In this document: in pieces, positions 16,698-26,852 of the stretch
How positions within the stretch are numbered: the stretch's first letter is position 1
Layout of the letters: every line of letters begins with the position of its first letter
DNA from: a virus
Lineage: Duplodnaviria; Heunggongvirae; Uroviricota; Caudoviricetes
Reading direction: 5' to 3' (one strand)
IMG/VR virus record: IMGVR_UViG_2534681704_000005
Coordinates: 1-36,391 of that record
DNA: 36,391 nt
Translations under genes and position numbers: made by a program
The notes under the pieces: model-generated
Told to the model about the DNA's origin: nothing
Seen by the model: the letters and a program-made list of their open reading frames with translations, nothing else
Databases searched by the model: none

Positions 16698-16824
16698 GTT
16701 ATAACCTGTGTTTAGTTACTTTTATTAGAACCTTGTTATCAGATTTTTCTCATAAAGGAAAGAGTGAAAGAGAAAAATGAATCTCTTTTGTCAAATATGT
16801 CTATCAGATTAAAGAGAGTATTTT

Positions 16825-17175
16825 ATGCCAGCACTGATACCTAGAGCCTGCCGTGTTCGCGGCTGCCACCATACCACGACTGACCCGTCAGGCTATTGCG
16901 AAAGCCACAAAAGCGAAGGCTGGAAGCAATACAAGCCAGGCCAGTCCCGTCATCAGCGCGGCTACGGTTCGAAGTGGGACAGTATCCGCGCGCGTGTCCT
17001 GAAGCGTGACAAAGGCCTGTGTCAGTTATGTCTGCGTGCTGGTGTGGTGCGTGAGGCGAAAACCGTTGACCATATCATCCCTAAAGCGCATGGTGGCACT
17101 GATGCCGACAGTAATCTGCAGAGCCTGTGCTGGCCGTGTCATAAGGCGAAGACGGCCCGTGAACGGTTAAAGTGA
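16825..17175 (+). CDS. HNH endonuclease (packaging-associated)
   Basis: Cys/His pattern (CHHTTTDPSGYCESH...HIIPKAHGG...CWPCH); directly upstream of the terminase genes as in HK97-like cos phages. Confidence 0.85.
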   Translation: MPALIPRACRVRGCHHTTTDPSGYCESHKSEGWKQYKPGQSRHQRGYGSKWDSIRARVLKRDKGLCQLCLRAGVVREAKTVDHIIPKAHGGTDADSNLQSLCWPCHKAKTARERLK

Positions 17176-17201
17176 TAATAATTCTCAACTGTCTGAGGGG
17201 A

Positions 17202-17261
17202 GGGGCGGGTCAAATCTCTGTGACCTGACGTCTTCCGGACTGCCCGCCCCATCGTTTTTTT
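17202..17261. other. GC-rich inverted repeat GGGGCGGG...CCCGCCCC plus T7 tract; candidate cos-region element or terminator
   Basis: 8-bp perfect arms 33 bp apart between HNH and terS; left arm recalls the lambda cohesive-end GGGCGGCGACC. Confidence 0.3.
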
Positions 17262-17300
17262 ATACCCGCGAAAAATGAAATTTAACCTGGAGTGCCGCAT

Positions 17301-17786
17301 ATGGCTGGAACGGCGGGGCGTTCCGGGCGTCGCCCCAAGCCAACGGCGCGCAAGGCGCTGGCCGGAAACCCCGGCAAGCGAGCCCTGAATAAAGATGAAC
17401 CTGTTTTTACGCCCATCAAAGGTGTTGAGCCACCGGAGTGGTTCGCTGAAGAAGATCTCCCTCTCGCCACGATCATGTGGCAACTGACAACCAAAGAACT
17501 CTGCGGTCAGGGCCTGCTGTGCGTGACTGACCTGGCGGTACTTGAGCGGTGGTGTGTGGCCTATGAGTTCTGGCGACGTGCCGTGAAAAATATTGCCAGA
17601 CAGGGTAACACCATCACCGGTGCAATGGGTGGCATGGTCAAAAATCCGGAGCTGACCGCCAAAAAAGAACAGGAGTCCGAGATGAGCAGCACGGGGGCAA
17701 TGCTCGGACTCGACCCCAGCAGCCGCCAGCGTCTGATTGGCCTGGCGGGGAAGAAGAAAGCCACTAACCCGTTTCTGACAATCTGA
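17301..17786 (+). CDS. Terminase small subunit
   Basis: ATG 17301 with SD GGAG 8 nt upstream; basic N-terminus; precedes the large subunit. Confidence 0.8.
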   Translation: MAGTAGRSGRRPKPTARKALAGNPGKRALNKDEPVFTPIKGVEPPEWFAEEDLPLATIMWQLTTKELCGQGLLCVTDLAVLERWCVAYEFWRRAVKNIARQGNTITGAMGGMVKNPELTAKKEQESEMSSTGAMLGLDPSSRQRLIGLAGKKKATNPFLTI

Positions 17787-17799
17787 AAATCATCGAATC

Positions 17800-19533
17800 A
17801 TGAGCCGGAAATCTTACCCCAACGTAAATGCTGCCAATCAGTATGCCCGGGATGTCGTGCGCGGAAAGATTGTGGCCTGCCAGTTTGTGATTCAGGCCTG
17901 CCAGCGCCATCTTGATGACCTGATGGCGGAAAAAAGTAAGTCGTTTCGTTACCGCTTCGACAAGGATCTGGCTGAACGGGCCGCCAAATTTATTCAGCTG
18001 TTGCCGCACACCAAGGGTGAGTGGGCATTTAAACGGATGCCCATCACGCTGGAGCCGTGGCAGCTCTTTGTGATCTGCTGCGCGTTTGGCTGGGTCAATA
18101 AAGGCTCCCGGCTGCGCCGCTTCCGTGAGGTGTATACCGAAATCCCCCGTAAGAACGGCAAATCGGCAATCTCTGCCGGTGTCGCCCTGTATTGTTTTGC
18201 CTGTGATAACGAGTTTGGCGCGGAAGTGTATTCCGGTGCCACGACAGAGAAACAGGCGTGGGAAGTCTTTCGCCCGGCGCGACTGATGTGTAAACGCACA
18301 CCCATGCTGACGGAAGCGTTCGGGATTGAGGTTAACGCCTCAAACATGAACCGTCCGGAGGATGGCGCGCGGTTTGAACCGCTGATCGGCAACCCCGGTG
18401 ATGGCTCATCACCCCACTGTGCGGTGGTGGATGAATATCACGAGCATGCCACCGATGCGCTTTATACCACAATGCTTACCGGGATGGGGGCGCGACGTCA
18501 GCCACTGATGTGGGCCATCACCACCGCCGGGTACAACATTGAGGGGCCGTGCTACGACAAGCGGCGGGAAGTCATCGAGATGCTCAACGGCTCGGTGCCT
18601 AACGATGAACTGTTCGGGATCATCTATACCGTTGATGAAGGTGACGACTGGACCGACCCGCAGGTGCTGGAAAAAGCCAATCCAAATATTGGCGTGTCGG
18701 TTTATCGCGAATTTTTGTTAAGTCAGCAGCAGCGTGCGAAAAATAACGCCCGTCTGGCAAACGTCTTTAAAACAAAACACCTCAATATCTGGGTGTCGGC
18801 GCGTTCGGCGTATTTCAACCTGGTGAGCTGGCAGAGCTGCGAGGATAAATCACTGACCCTTGAGCAGTTCGAGGGGCAGCCGTGCATTCTGGCCTTTGAC
18901 CTGGCGCGTAAGCTGGATATGAACAGCATGGCGCGACTTTATACCCGCGAGATTGACGGTAAAACGCATTACTACAGTGTGGCCCCGCGCTTCTGGGTAC
19001 CGTATGACACGGTGTACAGCGTCGAGAAAAATGAAGATAGACGGACAGCCGAACGCTTTCAGAAATGGGTGGAAATGGGCGTCCTGACCGTTACCGATGG
19101 TGCAGAGGTGGATTATCGCTACATCCTCGAGGAGGCCAAAGCGGCGAACAAAATCAGCCCGGTCAGTGAGTCACCCATCGACCCCTTCGGGGCGACCGGG
19201 CTGTCACATGACCTTGCTGATGAAGATCTGAATCCCGTCACTATCGTCCAGAACTTCGCCAATATGTCCGATCCGATGAAAGAGCTGGAAGCAGCGATTG
19301 AATCGGGACGCTTTCATCATGACGGCAATCCCATCATGACCTGGTGTATCGGCAATGTGGTCGGCAAAAACATGCCAGGTAACGATGATGTGGTGAAGCC
19401 CGTCAAAGAGCAGGCGGAAAACAAAATCGATGGTGCAGTTGCGCTGATTATGGCGGTTGGCAGAGCCATGCTGTACGAGAAAGAAGACACGCTGTCTGAC
19501 CACATTGAGTCCTATGGGATCCGCTCGCTTTAA
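17800..19533 (+). CDS. Terminase large subunit
   Basis: 577-aa ORF with ATPase and nuclease layout, between terS and portal. Confidence 0.9.
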   Translation: MSRKSYPNVNAANQYARDVVRGKIVACQFVIQACQRHLDDLMAEKSKSFRYRFDKDLAERAAKFIQLLPHTKGEWAFKRMPITLEPWQLFVICCAFGWVNKGSRLRRFREVYTEIPRKNGKSAISAGVALYCFACDNEFGAEVYSGATTEKQAWEVFRPARLMCKRTPMLTEAFGIEVNASNMNRPEDGARFEPLIGNPGDGSSPHCAVVDEYHEHATDALYTTMLTGMGARRQPLMWAITTAGYNIEGPCYDKRREVIEMLNGSVPNDELFGIIYTVDEGDDWTDPQVLEKANPNIGVSVYREFLLSQQQRAKNNARLANVFKTKHLNIWVSARSAYFNLVSWQSCEDKSLTLEQFEGQPCILAFDLARKLDMNSMARLYTREIDGKTHYYSVAPRFWVPYDTVYSVEKNEDRRTAERFQKWVEMGVLTVTDGAEVDYRYILEEAKAANKISPVSESPIDPFGATGLSHDLADEDLNPVTIVQNFANMSDPMKELEAAIESGRFHHDGNPIMTWCIGNVVGKNMPGNDDVVKPVKEQAENKIDGAVALIMAVGRAMLYEKEDTLSDHIESYGIRSL

Positions 19534-19544
19534 CTGAGGTAATT

Positions 19545-19727
19545 ATGATCATGCTGATTCTCGCGCCTCTGGTGGGCGTGCTGGGTGCGCTTTTGCTGGC
19601 GTATGGTGCCTGGCTGATTTATCCCCCGGCGGGGTTTGTTGTTGCCGGGGCGCTGTGCCTGTTCTGGTCGTGGCTGGTGGCGCGATATCTCGACCGTACA
19701 CAGCCGTCTGTCGGCGGAGGTAAATAG
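19545..19727 (+). CDS. Small hydrophobic membrane protein, 60 aa
   Basis: Two hydrophobic stretches; SD TGAGGT; between terL and portal. Confidence 0.5.
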   Translation: MIMLILAPLVGVLGALLLAYGAWLIYPPAGFVVAGALCLFWSWLVARYLDRTQPSVGGGK

Positions 19728-20968
19728 TGTTCTTTTCGGGATTATTTCAACGAAAAAGTGACGCACCGGTGACCACGCCAGCAGAGCTGGCGGATGCTAT
19801 CGGGCTGTCATATGACACCTATACCGGAAAGCAGATCAGCAGCCAGCGGGCCATGCGACTGACGGCGGTTTTTTCCTGCGTCAGGGTGCTGGCGGAGTCG
19901 GTCGGGATGTTGCCCTGCAACCTGTATCACCTGAACGGCAGCCTGAAACAGAGAGCCACCGGCGAACGTCTGCATAAGCTGATCTCCACGCATCCCAATG
20001 GCTATATGACGCCGCAGGAGTTCTGGGAGCTGGTGGTCACCTGTCTGTGCCTGCGGGGAAACTTTTACGCCTACAAAGTGAAAGCATTTGGCGAAGTGGC
20101 TGAACTGCTGCCCGTCGACCCAGGTTGTGTGGTACCGAAGCTTAACAGTAGCTGGGAACCGGTTTACCAGGTCACATTCCCGGACGGCTCCACGGATGTA
20201 CTGAGCCAGGAAGATATCTGGCATGTGCGCACGCTGACGCTGGACGGTCTGGTGGGACTGAATCCCATCGCCTATGCCCGCGAGGCAATATCGCTGGCAG
20301 CTGCGACCGAAGAGCACGGGGCCAGACTGTTCAGCAATGGTGCGGTGACGTCCGGTGTGTTGCGTACAGAGCAGACGCTGTCGGATCAGGCTTATGAGCG
20401 TCTGAAGAAAGATTTTGAGGAGCGTCACACCGGGCTTGGTAATGCTCACCGCCCGATGATCCTTGAGATGGGGCTGGACTGGAAGTCGATGGCGCTGAAC
20501 GCCGAGGACAGCCAGTTCCTGGAAACCCGCAAGTTTCAGCTTGAAGAAATCTGTCGTCTGTTCCGTGTGCCATTGCACATGGTGCAGAACACCGATCGCG
20601 CCACTTTCAACAATATCGAAGAACTGGGGCTGGGATTTATCAACTATTCACTGGTGCCGTATCTGACCCGCATTGAGCAGCGGATCAACACCGGACTGGT
20701 ACGAAAAAGTAAGCAGGGCGTTTATTACGCCAAATTTAACGCCGGGGCGTTACTGCGCGGGGATATGAAGTCCCGTTTTGAAGCCTACGCCACCGGGATT
20801 AACTGGGGAATTTACTCTCCCAATGACTGCCGCGACCTGGAAGATATGAATCCGCGTCCCGGTGGGGATGTCTATCTCACACCGATGAACATGACCACGA
20901 AACCCTCCGATGGCAGTAAAGCCGGTAAGCAGAAGGATAACGCCAATGCAGACGAAACAACGTCTTGA
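19727..20968 (+). CDS. Portal protein (HK97 family)
   Basis: 413-aa ORF (GTG start after SD GGAGG) in canonical position. Confidence 0.9.
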   Translation: MFFSGLFQRKSDAPVTTPAELADAIGLSYDTYTGKQISSQRAMRLTAVFSCVRVLAESVGMLPCNLYHLNGSLKQRATGERLHKLISTHPNGYMTPQEFWELVVTCLCLRGNFYAYKVKAFGEVAELLPVDPGCVVPKLNSSWEPVYQVTFPDGSTDVLSQEDIWHVRTLTLDGLVGLNPIAYAREAISLAAATEEHGARLFSNGAVTSGVLRTEQTLSDQAYERLKKDFEERHTGLGNAHRPMILEMGLDWKSMALNAEDSQFLETRKFQLEEICRLFRVPLHMVQNTDRATFNNIEELGLGFINYSLVPYLTRIEQRINTGLVRKSKQGVYYAKFNAGALLRGDMKSRFEAYATGINWGIYSPNDCRDLEDMNPRPGGDVYLTPMNMTTKPSDGSKAGKQKDNANADETTS

Positions 20969-21596
20969 TGTACCGCTGAGTCTGAAATCTGTCAGTGACT
21001 CCGGTGAGTTTGAAGGGTATGGCTCCGTCTTTGGTGTAAAGGACAGCCACGATGATGTGGTGATGTCCGGGGCATTTGCTGCTTCCCTGCGGGCGTGGAG
21101 TGACAGAAAAGCGTTACCTGCGCTGCTCTGGCAGCACCGCATGGATGAGCCCATCGGTGTTTACACCGAAATGAAGGAAGACGATGTCGGGCTTTACGTC
21201 AGGGGGCGATTGCTCATTGATGATGATCCCCTGGCAAAACGCGCACATGCACACATGAAGGCCGGTTCGTTAACCGGCCTTTCTATTGGGTACGTCCTGA
21301 AGGACTGGGAATACGACCGGACGAAAGAAGCCTTTCTGCTGAAAGAAATCGACCTCTGGGAAGTCAGTCTGGTGACGTTCCCGTCTAACGACGAGGCACG
21401 GATCAGCGACGTCAAGAACGCGCTGGCTCGCGGGGAAATCCCCGAACAGAAAAAAATCGAAAGAGTCCTGCGTGATGTCGGACTCTCCCGTACCCAGGCC
21501 AAAGCATTCATGGCCGGGGGCTATGGCGCACTGTCCCTGCGCGACGCTGAGGATGTGGGCTCTGCACTGAATGCACTGAAAAATCTGAACTTCTAA
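20946..21596 (+). CDS. Prohead protease (HK97 family)
   Basis: Start at MQTKQRLDVP (ATG 20946) overlapping the portal 3' end; GYGSVFGV...DSHDDVV motif region. Confidence 0.85.
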   Translation: MQTKQRLDVPLSLKSVSDSGEFEGYGSVFGVKDSHDDVVMSGAFAASLRAWSDRKALPALLWQHRMDEPIGVYTEMKEDDVGLYVRGRLLIDDDPLAKRAHAHMKAGSLTGLSIGYVLKDWEYDRTKEAFLLKEIDLWEVSLVTFPSNDEARISDVKNALARGEIPEQKKIERVLRDVGLSRTQAKAFMAGGYGALSLRDAEDVGSALNALKNLNF

Positions 21597-21610
21597 TCAG
21601 GAGAAATACG

Positions 21611-22816
21611 ATGGCGGTTGATATTAAAGATGTCGAACAGGTCGCGCAGGAGCTGCAGCAGAAGTTTGACGACTTCAAAGCAAAGAACGACAAGCGCGTG
21701 GATGCGATTGAGCAGGAAAAAGGCAAGCTTGCCGGGCAGGTGGAAACCCTGAACGGGAAACTCAGCGAGCTGGAAAATCTCAAAAGCGACCTTGAAAAAG
21801 AGCTGCTTGAGCTGAAACGTCCGGCAGGTGGAGCGCAAAATAAACTGGCCACCGAGCATAAAGAGGCGTTTGTGGGCTTTCTACGTAAAGGCCGTGAAGA
21901 CGGTCTGCGCGATCTGGAGCGTAAGGCATTGCAGGTGGGTACCGATGAAGACGGTGGCTACGCCGTGCCGGAAGAACTGGATCGCAACATTCTTAACCTG
22001 CTGAAAGATGAAGTGGTGATGCGTCAGGAAGCCACGGTGATCACCGTTGGCGGTTCCGACTACAAAAAACTGGTGAATCTGGGCGGTACGGCTTCCGGAT
22101 GGGTGGGGGAAACGGATACGCGATCCCAGACTGCCACCTCCAGACTGGAGCTGATTGAACCTCTCATGGGGGAAATCTACGGCAACCCGCAGGCTACCCA
22201 GAAAATGCTGGACGATGCCTTCTTCAACGTGGAGGCCTGGATCAACAGCGAGCTGGCGACCGAATTTGCCGAACAGGAAGAAATTGCCTTTACCACCGGC
22301 GATGGTACCAAGAAGCCAAAAGGGTTCCTGGCGTATGAATCTACTGATGAAACCGATAAGGTCCGGGCGTTCGGCAAACTTCAGCATATTGTATCCGGCG
22401 AAGCGACCGCGGTGACCGCAGACGCCATTATCAAACTGATTTACACGCTGCGTAAGGCACACCGCACTGGCGCGAAGTTCATGATGAACAACAACAGCCT
22501 GTTTGCCATCCGTCTGCTGAAAGACACCGAGGGTAACTATCTGTGGCGTCCGGGGCTGGAACTGGGGCAGCCGTCCTCTCTGGCGGGTTACGGTATCGCT
22601 GAAAACGAACAGATGCCGGATATCGCCGCTGATGCGAAAGCCATTGCATTTGGTAACTTCAAACGGGGTTACACCATCGTTGACCGTATCGGCACCCGCA
22701 TTCTGCGTGACCCGTACACCAATAAACCGTTTGTCGGTTTTTATACCACCAAGCGCACCGGCGGGATGCTGGTCGATTCGCAGGCCATCAAACTGCTGAA
22801 GATTGCAGCGGCGTAA
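21611..22816 (+). CDS. Major capsid protein (HK97 family) with N-terminal coiled-coil delta domain
   Basis: 401-aa ORF, SD AGGAGAAA; typical length and domain order. Confidence 0.9.
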   Translation: MAVDIKDVEQVAQELQQKFDDFKAKNDKRVDAIEQEKGKLAGQVETLNGKLSELENLKSDLEKELLELKRPAGGAQNKLATEHKEAFVGFLRKGREDGLRDLERKALQVGTDEDGGYAVPEELDRNILNLLKDEVVMRQEATVITVGGSDYKKLVNLGGTASGWVGETDTRSQTATSRLELIEPLMGEIYGNPQATQKMLDDAFFNVEAWINSELATEFAEQEEIAFTTGDGTKKPKGFLAYESTDETDKVRAFGKLQHIVSGEATAVTADAIIKLIYTLRKAHRTGAKFMMNNNSLFAIRLLKDTEGNYLWRPGLELGQPSSLAGYGIAENEQMPDIAADAKAIAFGNFKRGYTIVDRIGTRILRDPYTNKPFVGFYTTKRTGGMLVDSQAIKLLKIAAA

Positions 22817-22823
22817 TCACTCA

Positions 22824-22843
22824 GGGGCGCGGAACCGCGCCCC
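22824..22843 (+). other. GC-rich hairpin (GGGGCGCGG-AA-CCGCGCCCC) just after the capsid gene
   Basis: Perfect palindrome 8 nt past the stop; no U-tract, so probably a stability or attenuator element. Confidence 0.4.
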
Positions 22844-22865
22844 CTGTTCTGACGGGTGAAGAATC

Positions 22866-23066
22866 ATGATCCTGAAACAAGATCTGAAATGGTCACCGGA
22901 CGGTATGCGTGTTGAGGTCATTCGGGCCGGTGAGTATGACGACGGGGCGCTTCCTGCCCGGGTGCAGGAGATTGCACTTCAGGCCGGGTTAGCAGAGCGC
23001 GGAATCAGTGCAAAAAGCAGTAAAGCGGCAAAAGAGAAAAAAGCCACGACCAGTAAAGAGGGCTGA
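22866..23066 (+). CDS. Small hypothetical head-module protein, 66 aa
   Basis: ORF between capsid and connector genes; Lys-rich C-terminus. Confidence 0.5.
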   Translation: MILKQDLKWSPDGMRVEVIRAGEYDDGALPARVQEIALQAGLAERGISAKSSKAAKEKKATTSKEG

Positions 23067-23068
23067 GT

Positions 23069-23392
23069 ATGCTTCTGACAATGGAAGAGATTAAAGCCCA
23101 ACTCCGGCTGGATGAGGATTTCGATGCTGATGACCGCCATCTGCAACTGCTGGCCTGTGCGGCACAAAAGCGGACGGAAACGTATCTGAACCGGAAGCTC
23201 TATGCACCGGATGAAACCATTCCGGACAGCGATCCGGACGGGCTGCACCTGCCGGATGATATTCGTCTGGGGATGCTGATGCTTATCAGCCATTTTTACG
23301 AAAACCGCTCGTCGGTTACGGAAGTGGAGAAACTCGACATGCCGCAGAGTTTTGGCTGGCTTGTCGGCCCGTACAGGTACTTTCCGCAATGA
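23069..23392 (+). CDS. Head-tail connector protein (gp6-like)
   Basis: Size, position and acidic character typical of the family. Confidence 0.7.
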   Translation: MLLTMEEIKAQLRLDEDFDADDRHLQLLACAAQKRTETYLNRKLYAPDETIPDSDPDGLHLPDDIRLGMLMLISHFYENRSSVTEVEKLDMPQSFGWLVGPYRYFPQ

Positions 23393-23799
23393 AAATTCGT
23401 CAGGCGCAGACCAGCGCAACCTACATTCTGCCGGACCCCGGTGAACTGAATAAACGCGTCCTGATCCGCCAGCGGGTGGATATGCCCGCGGATAACTTTG
23501 GCGTGGAGCCTCAATACCCGGTTACGTTCCGGACATGGGCGAAGGTTATCCAGACCAGTGCCACCACCTGGCAGGAAACCGCGCAGACCGGGGACGCCAT
23601 CACCCATTACATCACCATTCGTTACCGCCGGGGGATCACCGCTGATTATGAGGTGGTCTGCGGTGACAGTGTGTACCGGGTGAAACGTCAGCGCGATCTG
23701 AACGGGGCGCGGCGCTTTCTGCTGCTGGAGTGTACGGAGCTGGGCGAATGTGGGCAGAGTCACGGAGGCAACAATGACGACTTCCTTTTTGCACGTTGA
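23389..23799 (+). CDS. Head closure / head-tail adaptor protein
   Basis: ATGA-coupled to the connector; typical size and position. Confidence 0.7.
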   Translation: MKIRQAQTSATYILPDPGELNKRVLIRQRVDMPADNFGVEPQYPVTFRTWAKVIQTSATTWQETAQTGDAITHYITIRYRRGITADYEVVCGDSVYRVKRQRDLNGARRFLLLECTELGECGQSHGGNNDDFLFAR

Positions 23800-24280
23800 T
23801 TTTCAGCAGCCCGCGGAGATGCGCTTTAACCGCGCCCGTGTCCGGCGGGCGTTTGTCACGATTGGTCAGCGTCATATGCGTGATGCCCGTCGGCTGGTGA
23901 TGCGCCGTGCGCGGTCGGCACCGGGTGAAAACCCCGGTTATCAGACCGGACGCCTGGCTCGTTCGATTGGTTACATGGTACCCAGAGCCAGTAAACATCG
24001 CCCTGGTTTTATGGCACGTATAGCCCCTAACCAGCGTAATGGAGAGGGAAACCGCCGTATCACCGGTGATTTTTATCCGGCTTTTTTGTTCTATGGCGTG
24101 AGGCGAGGGGCAAAGCGTCGTCGCAGCCATCATCGTGGTGCATCCGGTGGCAGCGGCTGGCGACTGGCTCCACGTAATAACTTCATGGTGGAAACGCTTG
24201 AAAAGAACCGCAGCTGGACACGCTATTTTCTGGCGCGGGAATTGCGTAAATCACTGAAGCCGGAGCGACGACACAGATGA
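23774..24280 (+). CDS. Arg-rich virion protein (HK97 gp10-like, tentative)
   Basis: Start at MTTSFLHVDF with SD GGAGG 5 nt upstream. Confidence 0.6.
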   Translation: MTTSFLHVDFQQPAEMRFNRARVRRAFVTIGQRHMRDARRLVMRRARSAPGENPGYQTGRLARSIGYMVPRASKHRPGFMARIAPNQRNGEGNRRITGDFYPAFLFYGVRRGAKRRRSHHRGASGGSGWRLAPRNNFMVETLEKNRSWTRYFLARELRKSLKPERRHR

Positions 24281-24837
24281 AACTGACGCCTGTTATTGCT
24301 GCACTGCGTGCCCGCTGTCCGTATTTTGAAAACCGGGTTGCAGGCGCGGCCCAGTTCAAAAATCTGCCGGAGGTCGGAAAGCTGAAACTCCCGGCGGCAT
24401 ATGTTGTACCGGGTGATGATTCTCCGGGAGAAAACAAAAGCCAGACCGACTACTGGCAGGAGCTGAAAGAGGGCTTCTCCGTGGTTGTCATACTGAGTAA
24501 CGGGCGTGATGAGCGCGGTCAGTTTGCTTCGTATGATGTGGTGGACGATGTCCGGCAGATGCTCTTTAAGGCCCTGCTGGGCTGGAACCCGGAAGCGTGC
24601 GGTAACCCGATTACCTATGACGGCGGCACGCTGCTGGATCTGAATCGTCATGAGCTGATTTATCAGTTCGATTTTTCGGTCATCAGCGAGCTGACCGAAG
24701 ACGATACCCGCCAGCAGGATGACCTGAACAGTCTGGATGAACTGCGAACGCTGGCGATTGATGTTGATTATCTCGATCCCGGTAACGGGCCTGACGGCGA
24801 TATCGAACATCACACCGAAATAACCCTTCCTTCCTGA
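24277..24837 (+). CDS. Tail completion / terminator-like protein (tentative)
   Basis: ATGA-coupled; position just before the sheath. Confidence 0.55.
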   Translation: MKLTPVIAALRARCPYFENRVAGAAQFKNLPEVGKLKLPAAYVVPGDDSPGENKSQTDYWQELKEGFSVVVILSNGRDERGQFASYDVVDDVRQMLFKALLGWNPEACGNPITYDGGTLLDLNRHELIYQFDFSVISELTEDDTRQQDDLNSLDELRTLAIDVDYLDPGNGPDGDIEHHTEITLPS

Positions 24838-24845
24838 GAATCTTC

Positions 24846-25016
24846 ATGTTTGTGAAACCTGTTAAAGGGCGGTCAGTGCCTGACCCTGCCCGCGGCGACC
24901 TTTTGCCCGCCGAGGGGCGAAATGTTGATGAGAACAACTACTGGCTGCGCCGTGAAGCAGCGGGTGATATCCGGCGCGTGAATGAAAAGGTGAATACCGA
25001 TGACGATAAGCTTTAA
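24846..25016 (+). CDS. Possible small ORF, 56 aa (not in the supplied track)
   Basis: ATG 24846 to TAA 25014-25016, overlapping the sheath start; weak SD; low confidence. Confidence 0.2.
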   Translation: MFVKPVKGRSVPDPARGDLLPAEGRNVDENNYWLRREAAGDIRRVNEKVNTDDDKL

Positions 25017-26496
25017 CACCATTCCGTCGAATACGCTGGTTCCGATTTTTTATGCGGAAATGGATAACTCGGCGGCGAATACTGCACAGGACAGCGGAGC
25101 ATCGCTGCTGATTGGTCATGCCAATAACGGTGCAGAGATTGTTGCCAACAGTCTGGTGCTGATGCCGTCGGCAGACTATGCACGCCAGATTTGTGGTGCG
25201 GGAAGTCAGCTGGCGCGTATGGTCGAGGCTTATCGCCAGACCGACCCGTTTGGTGAACTGTATGTAATTGCCGTTCCTGAATCCACGGGCGCGGCGGCAA
25301 CGGTTACGCTGACGGTGACCGGGGCGGCAACCGAAACCGGCACGGTGAATGTTTATGTGGGACGTACCCGCGTGCAGGCACCGGTGACCAACGGCGATAA
25401 CGTCACGACGATTGCCAGCAGTATCAAAGATGCCATCAATGCCGTTCCGGCCCTGCCGTTTACGGCCTCATCTTCGGCAGGCGTGGTCACGCTGACCGCG
25501 CGTCATAAGGGGCTTTGCGGGAATGAAATTCCTGTCAGCCTCAATTACTACGGCTTTGGTGGGGGCGAAGTGCTGCCAGCGGGCGTACAGATTGCTGTGG
25601 CGACGGGGAGCGCCGGAACGGGCGCTCCGGTTCTCACCGGCGCGGTGGCTGCAATGGCGGATGAGCCGTTTGATTATATTGGCCTGCCGTTCAACGACAC
25701 GGCCTCCGTTAACACGCTGGTGACAGAGATGAACGATACCAGCGGTCGCTGGAGCTATGCGCGTCAGCTGTATGGTCATGTGTATACGGCAAAGATCGGT
25801 ACGCTGTCAGAACTGGTGAACGCAGGTGACCAGTTTAACCAGCAGCACATTACCCTGGCGGGATACGAAAAAGAGACCCAGACGCCTGCCGACGAGCTGG
25901 CGGCAAGCCGTACCGCCCGCGCAGCGGTGTTTATTCGCAACGATCCGGCACGTCCCACGCAGACCGGTGAGCTGGTGGGTATGCTGCCTGCGCCGAAGGG
26001 GAAACGGTTCACGATGACCGAACAACAGACCCTGCTGTCTCATGGCGTGGCAACGGCGTATGTCGAAAGCGGGGTGCTGCGCATTCAGCGTGATGTCACC
26101 ACGTACAGGAAAAACGCTTACGGTGTTGCGGATAACAGCTACCTCGACAGCGAGACGCTGCATACCAGCGCGTATGTGCTGCGCAAACTGAAATCCGTCA
26201 TTACCAGTAAGTACGGGCGTCACAAGCTTGCCAGCGACGGTACCCGCTTTGGTCCCGGTCAGGCGATTGTCACACCGGCGGTGATCAAAGGGGAACTGCT
26301 GGCAACCTACCGTCAGCTTGAGCGTGCGGGGATCGTGGAAAACTACGAACTGTTTAAGCAGTACCTGGTTGTGGAGCGTGATGCCAGCGATCCGAACCGC
26401 CTGAACACGCTGTTCCCGCCTGACTATGTTAACCAGTTGCGTGTCTTTGCCGTGGTTAACCAGTTCCGTCTTCAGTATTCAGAGGAGTCTGCATAA
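25000..26496 (+). CDS. Tail sheath protein (Mu-like)
   Basis: 498-aa ORF, SD AAGGTGA, followed by tube gene with TAATG overlap. Confidence 0.85.
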   Translation: MTISFNTIPSNTLVPIFYAEMDNSAANTAQDSGASLLIGHANNGAEIVANSLVLMPSADYARQICGAGSQLARMVEAYRQTDPFGELYVIAVPESTGAAATVTLTVTGAATETGTVNVYVGRTRVQAPVTNGDNVTTIASSIKDAINAVPALPFTASSSAGVVTLTARHKGLCGNEIPVSLNYYGFGGGEVLPAGVQIAVATGSAGTGAPVLTGAVAAMADEPFDYIGLPFNDTASVNTLVTEMNDTSGRWSYARQLYGHVYTAKIGTLSELVNAGDQFNQQHITLAGYEKETQTPADELAASRTARAAVFIRNDPARPTQTGELVGMLPAPKGKRFTMTEQQTLLSHGVATAYVESGVLRIQRDVTTYRKNAYGVADNSYLDSETLHTSAYVLRKLKSVITSKYGRHKLASDGTRFGPGQAIVTPAVIKGELLATYRQLERAGIVENYELFKQYLVVERDASDPNRLNTLFPPDYVNQLRVFAVVNQFRLQYSEESA

Positions 26497-26852
26497 TGGC
26501 CCGTATCGGGGGAACCTGTTATTTCAAAATTGACGGTCAACAGCTATCGCTGACCGGCGGCATTGAGGTGCCCATGAACAGGACGGTCAATGATGACATC
26601 ATCGGCCTGGACGGTTCAGTGGACCGCAAGGAAACTCACCGTGCGCCTTATGTCAAAGGGACTTTCAAGGTGCCGAAGAATTTTCCGGTGAACAAAATCA
26701 CCTCGTCTGATGAGATGACTATCACTGCCGAGCTGGCGAACGGTCAGGTCTATGTATTGTCGTCCGCCTGGCTGCACGGAGAAGCGAACCATAATGCCGA
26801 AGAAGGCACGGTTGATCTTGAGTTCCACGGTGAAGAAGGGGATTACCAGTAA
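26496..26852 (+). CDS. Tail tube protein
   Basis: 118-aa ORF immediately after the sheath. Confidence 0.8.
   Translation: MARIGGTCYFKIDGQQLSLTGGIEVPMNRTVNDDIIGLDGSVDRKETHRAPYVKGTFKVPKNFPVNKITSSDEMTITAELANGQVYVLSSAWLHGEANHNAEEGTVDLEFHGEEGDYQ

Noticed and set aside
17139-17494. Minus-strand ORFs spanning the HNH-terS intergenic region
   Set aside because: Cross the GC-rich inverted repeat and the terS start; Arg-rich antisense artefacts.
19808-22462. Long minus-strand ORFs inside portal and capsid genes (19808..20578, 20331..20573, 21881..22462)
   Set aside because: Antisense shadows of confidently assigned structural genes; no SD sequences and low-complexity translations.
23636-25119. Minus-strand ORFs (23636..24133, 24223..24813, 24683..24937, 24862..25119) across the head-tail joining genes
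   Set aside because: Overlap coupled, well-ordered plus-strand genes; His/Arg-rich translations typical of antisense GC-rich coding DNA.
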